A stretch of DNA of 64,000 nt from the human T2T-CHM13v2.0 reference genome, Homo sapiens: assembly GCF_009914755.1 (NCBI RefSeq), contig NC_060929.1; one strand, written 5' to 3'. The notes below the pieces were generated by a model. That model had not been told where the DNA came from. It saw nothing but the letters and a program-made list of their open reading frames with translations, and did no database searches. Below are positions 36,620-48,200 of this stretch, in pieces (the first letter of the stretch is position 1; each line of letters starts with the position of its first letter). The position numbers and the translations under genes were made by a program.

Positions 36620-37633
36620 ATTTTGGTATGTTTTTGCTGTGGCTGGTACAGGTTTTTCCTTTCCATGTTTAGTGCTTCCTTCAGGAGCTCTTGTAAGGCA
36701 GACCTGGTTGGTGACAAAATCTCTCAGCATTTGCTTGTCTGTAAAGTATTTTATTTCTCCTTCACTTATGAAGCTTAGTTTGGCTGGATATGAAATTCTG
36801 GGTTCAAAATTCTTTTCTTTAAGCATGTTAAATATTGGTCTCCACTCTCTTCTGGCTTGTAAGGTTTCTGCAGAGACATCTGTTAGTCTGATGGGCTTCC
36901 CTTTGTAAGTAACTTGACCTTTCTCTCTGGCTCCCCTTAACATTTTTTCCTTCATTTCAACCTTGGTGAATCTGATGATTATGTGTCTTGGGGTTGCTCC
37001 TCTCAAGGAGTATCTTAGTGGTGTCTCTGTATTTCCTGAATTTAAAGGTTGGCCTGTCTTGCTAGGTTGAGAAAGTTCTCCTGGATAATATCCTGAAGAG
37101 TGTTTTCCAACTTGGTTTCATTCTCCCCATCACTTTCAGGTACAACAATCAAACATAGGTTTGGTCTTTTCATATAGTCCCATATTTCTTGGAGGCTTTA
37201 TTCATTCCTTTTCATTCTCTTTAATCTTATCTTCATGCCTTATTTCAGTAAGTTGATCTTCAATCTCTGATATCCTTTCTTCTGCTTGACTGATTCAGCT
37301 CTTCATACTTGTATATGCTTCACGAAGTTCTCATTCTGTGTTTTTCATCTCCATCAGGTCATTTATGTTCTTCTCTAAACTGATTATTCTAGTTAGCAGT
37401 TCCTATTACCTTTTGTCAAGGTTTTTAGGTTCTTTGCATTGGGTTCGAACAAGCTTCTTTAGTTCAGAGGAGTTTGTTATTACCCACCTTCTGAAGCCTG
37501 CTTCTGTGATTTCATCAAATTCATTCTTTGTCCAGTGTTGTACCCTTGCTGGAGAGGAGTTGTGATCATTTGGAGGAGAAGAGGTATTCTGGTTTTTGGA
37601 ATTTTCAGCATTTGTGCTCCGGTTTTTCTTCAT
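36620..37633 (-). pseudogene. Disrupted L1 ORF1p of the host element
   Basis: NSKNQNTSSPPND and RGATPRHIIIRFTKVEMKEKML...YPAKLSF fragments. Confidence 0.92.
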
Positions 37634-37639
37634 CTTTGT

Positions 37640-38969
37640 GGATTTATCTACCTTTGATCTTTGAGGCTGATGAGCTTTGGATGGGGTTCTGTGTGGGGGT
37701 ACTTTTTGTTGATGTTGATGTTATTGCTTTCTGTTCATTAGTTTTTCTTCTAACAGTCAGGCCCCTCTTCTTTAGGTCTGTTGCAGTTTGTTGGAGGTCC
37801 ACTCCAGATCCTATTTGCCTGGGTATCACCAATGGAGGCTTCAGAACAGCAAAGATTGCTGCCTGCTCCTTCCTCTGGAAGCTTCGTCCCAGAGGGGCAC
37901 TCGCCTGTTGCCAGCCGGAGCTCTCCTGTATGAGGTGTCTGTTGGCCCCTGCTAGAAGGTCTCCCAAAGTCAGGAGGCACAAGGGTTAGGGACCAACTTG
38001 AAGAGGCAGTCTGTCCCTTAACAGAGCTCAAGCGCTGTGTTGAGAGGACCCTCCTTTTCAGGATCCTTTGCTGTCTTCAGAGTTGGCAGGCAGGAATGTT
38101 TAAGTCTGCTGAAGCTGCGCCTACAGCCACCCCTTCCCCCAGGTGCTCTGTCCCAGGGAGTTGGGAGTTTTATCCATAAGCCCCTGACTGGTGCTTCTGC
38201 CTTTCTTTCAGAGATTCCCTGCCCAGTGAAGAGGAATCCAGAGAGGCAGTCTGGCCACAGCCGCTTTGCCACACTGTGTTGAGTTCCACCCAGTCCTTAT
38301 TACTGTTGGGGGAAAACCACCTACTCAAGCCTCAGTAATGGCGGACACCTCTCCCCGCACCAAGCTTGATAGTTCCAGGTTGACTTCAGACTGCAGTGCT
38401 GGCAGCTAGAATTTCCAGCCAGTTGTTCTTAGCTTGCTCTGTGGGAGTGGGACCTACTGAGTGAGACCACTTGGCTCCCTGGCTTCAGCCCCCTTTCCAG
38501 GGGAGTGCATGGTTTTGTCTTGCCTGGGTTACAGATGCCACTGGTGCATGGGGCGGAAAAAAAAAAAAATCCTGCAGCTAGATCAGTGTCTGCCCAAACA
38601 GCCACCCAGTTTTGTGCTTGAAACCCAGGACCCTGGTGATGTAGGCACACGAGGGAATCTCCTGGTCTGCAGATTGCAAAAACCATGGGCAAAGCACAGT
38701 ATCTGGGCTGGATAGCACAGTTCCTCACAGCACAGTCCCTCATGGCTTCCCTTGGCTGGGAGAGGGAGGCTTTCACTCTTTGAACTTCCTGGGTGAGGCG
38801 ATGCTCCACCCTGCTTCTCGTTGCCCTCCATGGGCTGCACCCACTGCCTAACCAGTCCCATTGAGATAAACAGGGTACCTCAGTTGGAATGCAGAAATCA
38901 CCCGCCTTCTGCATTGGTCTCACTGGGAGATGCAGACCAGAGCTGTTCCTATTCAGCCATTTTGCCAGA
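37640..38969 (-). promoter_or_regulatory. L1 5' UTR internal promoter region, CpG-eroded
   Basis: Complete 5' UTR; the YY1 site aagatggc appears as aaaatggc. Confidence 0.6.
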
Positions 38970-39626
38970 ACTCATCTGTGAAATTTTAATACTTAGCAAG
39001 AAAAAGAGTTTGCTTTTGTGGGGTCAAATAGCTTACACTCATATGAAAAGTGGCATACATTTCAAACAACAATAAATTTCATTTAAGTGAGTATTTCCCA
39101 CATGATCTAAAAAAAAAAAAAAGCTAATAAGAGGGAAATTCGACAATTAGAATAATCAGGTCATATTTATAGTAGAACTCAGAACTAACTCCTTGTAAAT
39201 CAATTAGCATGGGTTATTAATTAATTTTTTGCTCTTCCATCTCCTCCCTTCAGCTGTTCAGATAACATATCTGAATATATTATATTACTAAATATATTAG
39301 TATGTTCTATGAATCCCTACAGGCTCTCAGGAAAAATATTTTAATAATACAACAGAGGGAGAGAATTTGGTTAGTGGAATATTGGGCTATTTTGATGTCC
39401 ATTTGACATCACTTTACCTAAAAGTCATGCATGCTTTTCTTTTCTCTGTGTACCTGTGTGTCAAACCTTCCTCTACCTTCCATATAATGATGCCGGTCAC
39501 TGGATATAGGGACCACCCTAAATCCAAGATGGCCTCTAAATCCAGAATGATCTCATTTTCAGATCTTTAACTCAATTAAATCTACAAAAAAGTACCAAAA
39601 ATTTAAATTAAAGTTACAAAATACTA

Positions 39627-39704
39627 TCAGGTTGGTGGACAAGTAATTGAAGCTTTGCCATTGAAAATAATGGCAAAAACCCAATTACTTGTGCACCAAC
39701 CTAA
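39627..39704. mobile_element. MADE1 (Hsmar1 MITE)
   Basis: 78-bp near-palindrome aggttggtg..aagtaattg..tttgccatt / aatggcaaaa..caattactt..caccaacct. Confidence 0.92.
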
Positions 39705-41619
39705 TGAGAAACTGTCAGAAAATTTCCATAATCTCCAAATTACAATAATTTTTAAAATCTTGGCCCAGCTATGCCATCTCATTCCTAATGTAATATGGTA
39801 GCCACCCCAATCAAAATGGAATTCAGAGAAAGGTTTCTGTGGTATTTAGAATCCCCGTCTTACGTCATTGGTACTGGACCCTCCTTTATTATTCCAAGTA
39901 GGCTATGAACAGATAAGGACAAAGAGACATTAACTTTCCCACACTTAACTTTATTTGTAGAGATTAAACTCCAGTTCAAGATCTGCAAGCACAATATGTA
40001 ATTAAGATATCCAAACTTAATTGGCTAGTAAGAAAAGATTATAACAAAAATATTTTGCAGATGCCTGATGATTGGAAGCCATCCTGCTTTGAAAAGCTCG
40101 CTAGTAGGAAAAGAGGAGAAGTTAAATCTAAGTTCACTTCCCAAGTTCACTGCTACATTTATTTATAATTACTTTTTATATTTGACTTTCATACATTTAA
40201 TTTAACCTGTTGAACGTTCATATAAAATTTTGTCAGTTTGTCGTATAGAAGTACCATTCAAAATGTGACAGTGACAACTAAGGGTTAAGAATGTATAGAG
40301 ATAAGGCACAAAGTAAAAGATAGATGTAAAATAATTGCACTAATTTTTATATATATATATAATATATATTCCAAATTCTGACATATTTGTAAATATTATA
40401 ACTTCCTTAATGTATCAGAAGAGGAATATTCAAGAATTCAAGATAAATTAAGGAATTCATGAGTTTAATCTTAAAAAGTATCTTGAAAGATGTTGCTATT
40501 GAATTGCATTAGGAGTCTCTCTCAGCCTATTCTGGCTTGGGAGTCTGCCTGATTTATAAAAAGAATTGTATTTCTTGTTTCTCTCATTTGATAGAATATT
40601 TTGAATTTGTCCATATGGTGTATGAAATATGTATATGAACTACCTCTTGAAAAATATTACAATTCACAAAACTGTGAAGATATTTGAAGTAATTTCCAAA
40701 AGGCCACAAAGTGTTGTCATAAGATCAACAAATTAAAAGGAATTTAAGTAGATTAGAAATATCAACAAGAAATTTAATGACCGCTACTATTGGTAGCAAC
40801 TTATTATTGTATAGTGGGGGATTTAAAATTAGTGTAAGAATGTGAACCTCGATACACTTTACTAAATAATTATAGTAGCAAAAAGTATGAATATGGATTA
40901 TGAAAAAGAATAGAGAAGATTATAATATACTCACCAAGCAAATTTTCACAGCAGCCAAATTCGCAGCCATGTGGGATAGGTTAGCAGAAAATTTGGTTTG
41001 GGTTCCCATGACTTTCAGAAACAAATTCATTTGAAAGTGTGAAAAATGCTATTTTTCTGCACAATTGTGTTTTGCATGTGGATTGCTGCATGGATCCCAT
41101 TCACAAGTCTTTTGAACTCTAAGTGTTCTATCTCTCATAGTAGGGCCCAAGATCACTCTCATCAGCAAGTTTCCCAGAGAGAGAAAATCATGTTCCTACC
41201 AGTTTCCTGTCTTTTTTTGTCCACTGCCAGCAACAGGAATAGTTAAGAAACATTAAATTGTTTTGCATGGTAACAATTTTTTAAACAATAATAATGGTGA
41301 CCAAGTGAGAGTGTAGGACTGGCTCATCAAGGGAACTTTGTTGGTCTGCTGTCTCTTGCTCAATCAAGGAGAATACCACTTTCTAGTTTAGGAGCCCGGT
41401 GATTTTAATGGGGCATGTCAGAATCCCATGGGAAATTTTCCAAAATGCAAGCCCTCAACCCACACCTTTAGAGCATCAGATTCAATTGGTTTGTGTAAGA
41501 TTTGATCAATTTAAAAAAAAAAAATTAAACTTGCTAGAACATGACAATAGAGATTGCTGCTTACAAATCACTAGCCTAAAATACCTCACTGTGCGTTGTT
41601 ACTTGCTTTTGTGCGCGTT

Positions 41620-41641
41620 TGTGTGTGTGTGTGTGTGTGTG
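41620..41641. repeat. (GT)n microsatellite
   Basis: Direct reading. Confidence 0.95.
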
Positions 41642-42438
41642 CTAATATCTATGAATTGCTGTGTTTCCAGTACTAAATTAACAGCTGGATATTTTAGATT
41701 CTATCTGATGAAATATTTTCATATGGGTTTTTAAATGTCTTTTCATTTTCAGTAATTATCTCATAAGTTCCTAGAAGCATGGACCTCAGTAATTTTGAAT
41801 CTTTGATGGCTATTCGTAGAGATCATCAAATAGCTATTCTAAAGCTTTGAAACATGTGCTTCCCAGTTCTCTAAGGGTAAACTTGACAGTTTTTCTTAGG
41901 GCAATGCTTCTCCTTTGTTCTTGTAAGGGTCACTTCAGTGAATTACCTTAGACATGCTTTGTGAGTCAATAAACTATTAATATCTATTTTCTTGTGATAA
42001 CTTCAGACATAAGTGAAGTAGTTCAGAGGCACAGACTCTAGCTTGAGAGTGCTCCACTTTGAAAACATGCAAAAGATGACCCTTTTGAGGCTATTTTACA
42101 GAAACAAATTTGAGGTGGTTGTTTCTGTTGTTATAAAATGTATTTATTGCAGAGAAATTAACAGTACAGTTTATGCTCCAAGGGATAATGTTTAGGGAAG
42201 ATGTGGTATGAGGGAGGTGGGCATTAAGGAAAAGAAGAAAAAATGAACACTTGGCTGGGAACAGAATTATAAGCACCTCAGTTTTAAGTGCAGACTAGTT
42301 TTGGAAGCTGATTTCCAAAACCTATGCAAATATACATGACTTGTCCATAGGTTGGTGCCATTATTCAGGTTTGTCTCAGGGATTATGATACTAATTCAAA
42401 CCTTGGAATATGAGACTATAACCCCTACTATATAGTTT

Positions 42439-42718
42439 TGTAATTCCAGCACTTTGGGAGGCTGAGGCAGGCGGATCACCTGAGGTCAGGAGTTCGAGAC
42501 CAGCCTGGCCAACATAGTGAAACCCTGTGTTTACCAAAAATACAAAAATAAATTAGCCTGGCATGGTGGCACATACCTTTAGTCACAGCTACGTGAGAGG
42601 GTGAGGCAGGAGAATCGCTGGAACCCAGGAGGCGGAGGTTGCAGTGAGCCAAGATCGCAACACTGCACTCCTGCCTGGGCAATAGAGCAAGACTCTGTCT
42701 CAAAAAACAAAAAAAAAA
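42439..42718 (+). mobile_element. AluSx-like, slightly 5'-truncated
   Basis: Begins at tgtaattccagc; flanked by actatatag / actatacag. Confidence 0.95.
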
Positions 42719-43259
42719 CTATACAGCAACCACGAATGTACAGTTCTTCACTACATGACAATTACATTTATTCACTACTTAAATAGTTTTATTTGCTATG
42801 GAGGGTAAGAGAGTATTTATTTTAACTCTGTTGAAATCATGATTCATAGTCTAATCACTGATAATGTCTTGATCAGAAGCTTGCAACAAGTAAGTTATCA
42901 CATCCTTTAATTGCTTTCATGTATTATTATCAAGGGTATACCTACTGCAAAGCAGTATTATAAAACTGTCCTTCACATACACCTTTCTTTTCATACTTCT
43001 AATAATTACTTCTACATTTTGCCCTTTCCTTTACATTCCTCCTAATAAGAGAGCAAAAGAATCCTCTGGCACACTCAGTTCCCTACTTAATAGTAGCAGT
43101 GAAAGGGAAAAGACCAAAACCTGGAAATAATAAAGCCCGAATTCTTTTTACTAGGTTACAAAAGAAGGCTAGTAGTACTCATACATTATATATGGAGGTG
43201 ATATGCCTTGTACCAAAATGTTTTTGTCTTGCTTTAGTTCAAGTCCTCATAATCTGGAA

Positions 43260-43505
43260 AGTATGGTAAGTAGTGGTTTGGGTCATGGGTACTGGGGTCA
43301 GATGGACTTACATGTGAATCTTGAATTTACTAACTACTATCTACATGAGCTTGGATAAATTACCTCATCTCCCTAAACCGGAACCGTGACTGATAAGTGA
43401 AAATGATGCTTCACTTACCAAGATATTATAAAGTTTAATTGGGATAATGCATAAAGAAAGGTAGCATTAAGTTTGCATATTGCAGACAGCAAATAATAGT
43501 TACTA
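43260..43505 (+). mobile_element. MIR
   Basis: ctggggtcaga...ttactaacta..gagcttggataaattacctcatctccctaaacc...gataatgcataaa. Confidence 0.75.
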
Positions 43506-46243
43506 CACCCACAACTAATAATACTAATAATAAACAATGTCATCTGAGCTGTAGTTATGATTTCCTTAACTGTTTGTGTTTTATATTTTTTGTCTTTAGG
43601 CTTTCCTGATTCTATTTCTTGTTACTGTCAAAATGATTTTTCTAAAAGTCCAAATAATTTGCTTGCTTAAATACTTTGAATATTTTCTGACCAATTCTAT
43701 TTTTGATGCTCAACTTTTTTCTTCCCATAAATATATAAATATTGCTTGGAATACACACACACATGCACATATACACACATCATAAAGATAAAAATATGTT
43801 GGCAATTATAACTGGGTTGCTCAAATATAGAATGGGCCTTGTGGTTTTCCAGTTATATTATTGCCTTCGTATTCTGTAACTGTCTCTCCTTCTTCTCTTC
43901 CCTTCTGTCCTCCCTCCCAACCCCATTGCCACCATTCTATCTCTCAGATTCTTTCTGTTATCCTCATTCTCTCCCTATGATAAAGCATCCTTGTCATCAG
44001 GGTATATCAGGTTGGCTCCAATTTTAGTTATTTTCATTCCTGTGCTGATCACTGTGCCTGGAGGAATGGTTCAGCCTGATTGGCCAGGGATAGTACAAAT
44101 ACACATGTAGCTAGCAAGGTAGGGTACTGTGATCAGAAACTCCTAGGACGATAAGAGGTAGGAAAAGGCAGGTCTCTCAAATGAAGGCATTTCCTTCTAT
44201 CAAAAAAGGCTAGAAATGGAATGGGTAGGGGGAAATCCAGCAAATTTGATTTTAGCATACAGTGAGTGATATTGTACACATGTTAGATATTTTTATTTAC
44301 AATCTTCAATAGAGAAACTGAAATGTCAGCTCTTTATTGCACAAAAGGTAATTGAATATGAATGACATAAGAATGAAGATGATGAATCTTCTCTAATTTA
44401 CTAAAAAGCAAAAACAAACAAAAACCATTAATTGTAGCACCACTCACATATTAGCGTGTCATGAGACTCCAATGTGTCTCATGGTTGAAAACTTCAAAGT
44501 TGGAAGATGATGTCCACATCATAGTATACACATTGCTGTAGGCGATGCTGCAGCCTTCTGTTTTAAACTGTTGTCCCATTATTTCTCATCCTGCTTGTAA
44601 CCTACTCTCCTGCCAGCACTTTATGTGACATTATACTGTTGGGCCATACGTTGATTCATCATAACTCCTTGATTTGCACATGGAATTTATATTCATTGTC
44701 ATTGTTTCCTCATAACCTGACATAGTGATTGACCAATAGTAAGTTCTCCATTCATATTAGTTAAATTACTTTGATGACCAGGAAATAACTTTGATTCAGT
44801 ACATGGGACGTTAACAGATTGAATATTTAGCTGTCATGAATATAGGAGGCAAAAGGGATTCCTAGTAGAATGAATAAATAAGGTGAGAATCCTACAGAAT
44901 GGTCAGGCTACAGATTCATTATGCTACTCTTATAATTGTGCTAACAGAATGGTGTGTGGATGGGATCTGAAATGTAAATCTGGCCTTGATCCAAATTCCC
45001 CTGAAATCTAGGGACTGCTGGCAACAACAGATATTTGTTTCCTTTTTAGGCTGAGCTATAAAGGCTTGAAAATAGAGACAAAAATCTAAATTCAGGAGTG
45101 TTTTAATACCACTCTTAGCTATATTTTGGTATGTTTCTTTCCATTGATCACATGTAAATAATCATATACAAAAGTGCAAATATCATTTTGTTAATTTTCA
45201 ATATTTTTGTCTTGCAATTAACGGAGAATAAAGTAAAGCTGTTATTTTGATTTAATGCAGATTTGAAGCAATAGGTTGAAAATATCACCTCTTCTTACAG
45301 ACGTATGGTGGAAGATTCAAGTATTCTTATTTCAATCTAGCAGGATAAGTTTGCCTGTCTTAAAAGTTCAGTTATTTATTTTTAAAGTATAAAGGTATGC
45401 ATTCTCACTACTTTTAGCTTTTGTACTAAGTTAATTAATTACCCTGGAATGGAATGAAATTTTTATTTAAACCCAACTTAAGACTTGTATAATCTTCAAG
45501 GTTCTTAATTGAAAATTAATGGCTGTCTCTTAAAACCCATGTAGTTGAAGAAGCAGCCGTCTCAGTAGTGCCTAATACTTATGGCATAATCTTCTCAACA
45601 CTTACATAGATGTTAGGATTAGAAATAGCTTTCCAGTTTTAAGGTTCTAGAAAGTCCAGGTCATGTGGTATCATTTGGAAAATGAATACTAAGTTGGGAC
45701 TCCTATATTTTGATTTCAATTTCTGGTTCTGCCTTTAACAAGATTTATGAACCAAGGGGAATGACTTAGCTCATCCATAGTGTGAATTTTTCCTCGGTAA
45801 CATTTAACAAATAATCCAGTAGATAGTATATGTCATATATTGTATGTTTTTATGCATCAAAGTTATATATTAGTGTTGTTAAAGTGTTCCACAAGAATAT
45901 TCATGGACTGATAGATGGCCTCAGTTCCATCTTCCTAGAAACAACCATTTTCAGCTCTTTTCAGTTATTTTAGTGTTTATTGCCATTCCTCAAATTAAGT
46001 TATTCTGACAATGAATTTTCAGTTTAAAGCATTGTCTATTATCATTCCTCTAGGTAGGGTGAATATTTTGCTTTATTTCTTCTGCGACTTCTCCCACAGC
46101 ACATTTACTCTTATCATCCTCTCCCATTCTCCCAATATATTCCCATCATAATTACGGTTAGCTCAAATCCTTTTCCTTTCCTGTACAACATTTTGTTTAA
46201 TAATTATGTTGATTTGTTTTTGTTGTTGTTGTTTTTGGCTTTG

Positions 46244-46612
46244 TGTATTCATTTGCTAGGGCTGCCATAACAAAGTACCACAGACTCAGTGGCTTAAAAA
46301 ACAGAATTTTATTTTCTCATATCTGGCAACTAGAAGTTCAAAATCAAGGTGTCAGAAGGCTTAGTTTCTTTTCAAGCCTCGCCTTTTGGCTCGTAGATGG
46401 CCATCTTCTCCTTATGTCTTTACATGGTTTTCCCTTTGTTCATGGCTGTGTTCAAATTTCCTCATCTTATAAGGGCACCAGTACCACTGAATTGGGTCCA
46501 ACCCTAATTAGTTCATTTTAACTTAATTACCTCTTTAAAGACCCTATCACCAAACACAGTCATTCTGAGGTATTGGGCATTAGGATTTCCACATTTGATT
46601 CAGCCCATAACA
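46244..46612 (-). mobile_element. MLT1B-like MaLR solo LTR
   Basis: tgtattcatttgctagggctgccataacaaagtaccacagact...attcagcccataaca; 5-bp flanks ctttg / cttag. Confidence 0.92.
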
Positions 46613-46619
46613 CTTAGTT

Positions 46620-47200
46620 TTTTATGTAATCCTTAGGAAATCCCAGGAGATTTGTCATGAATTATGCAAGTCTCCTTTCCAGACACTCAGGCACATCAGC
46701 TATTCTGTCCATTTCATCTTCCTCCAAAAGCCTCTCAGAGAGTACACAGCTCTATGTAATCGGTACACAGCTGCCACGCTGGAATCCCTCCTGAGACCAT
46801 CCTGGAGATTACCTTCACTTCTCTCCTGGGTTCAGTGGCATATTTCCTACAGACCAGGATTTCTTTCTTGATTTGCTCCTTCAGAGGAGCATAACCTCCA
46901 ATAACTTTCTTTAAAAAGGGAGTAGATGATAACTAAGAATTTTTTAGACCACACAAGTCTGAAAATATTTTATTCAACCTAGGAAGTGACTAAAAGTTTG
47001 GCTAAGTATAAAATTGTAGCTTGGAGCCATTTTTCTTCAGAATGTTGAAGGCATTGCTCCATTGCCTGCTAGCTTTCGGGTGTTATTGAAGAGTATGAAG
47101 AAAATTGAATTTTTATTTTATATATTTGACATGTTTTTAATTTTCCCTCTCTCCCTTTCTCTCTCTCAAAGTTCTTTAAAAAAAATTTTTGAGGTCGGAA
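46620..47200 (-). mobile_element. Old L1M 5'/ORF1-region fragment
   Basis: gtctgaaaatattttattc...gtttggctaagtataaaattgtag...gaaggcattgctccattgcct. Confidence 0.65.
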
Positions 47201-47510
47201 TTTAAAAGTTTATGAGCAAGAGCCTCACTGAGGAGCAAACCAACAATTACCTGCACTGATAATATTATATGATCATGTTAAGGTATTCTCATCAGTAAAT
47301 TTGGGTTCCTCATATCAGTAGTTTCTTTAAGTCACTTGTTTTGTGCTAATCAGAATCCCCAGGCAAATCTCTAAAAATCGCCTGCTTTTCAGATGAAGGA
47401 TCAGTTATTACAATTCTAGATTTACGGGGGAAAAAAGCTATGGATATTATCATTCACTATGCACATGGTCATTAATCCTGCTGTTTTCAGAAAGATTACA
47501 GCACTGTTAA

Positions 47511-47821
<311 letters not shown>

Positions 47822-47838
47822 TATTCTTAAATTTTTAA

Positions 47839-48200
47839 GGCTCCTGCACAGCAAAAGAAACACACATCAAAGCAACTAGACAACCTACAGAATGAGAGAA
47901 AATACTTGCAAACTATGCATCGTGAAGTAACTCAGGAATGAAAAACAAAATACTGCATGTTCGCCTAAGCGGGAGCTAAGCTATGGGTGTTTAAAGGCAT
48001 CCAGAGTGGTATAATGGACATTGGAGACTCTGAATGGGGGAGGGTGGGGAATTAGGGATGAAAAACTATCTATTGGATACAACGTACACTACTCAGGTGA
48101 TGAGTACACTAAAATCCCGGATTTCACCACTATACGATTCATCCATGTAACCAAAAACCACTTATACTCCTAAAGCTCTTGAAATTTACAATTAAAAAAA
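47839..48200 (+). mobile_element. L1PB-like 3' fragment with an internal deletion
   Basis: ORF2 piece joined to the 3' UTR; TSD attcttaa(a)tttttaa at 47823-47838 and 48201-48215. Confidence 0.88.

Noticed and set aside
40508-40560. Short ERV1 LTR-like fragment
   Set aside because: About 50 bp of recalled similarity is too little to call.
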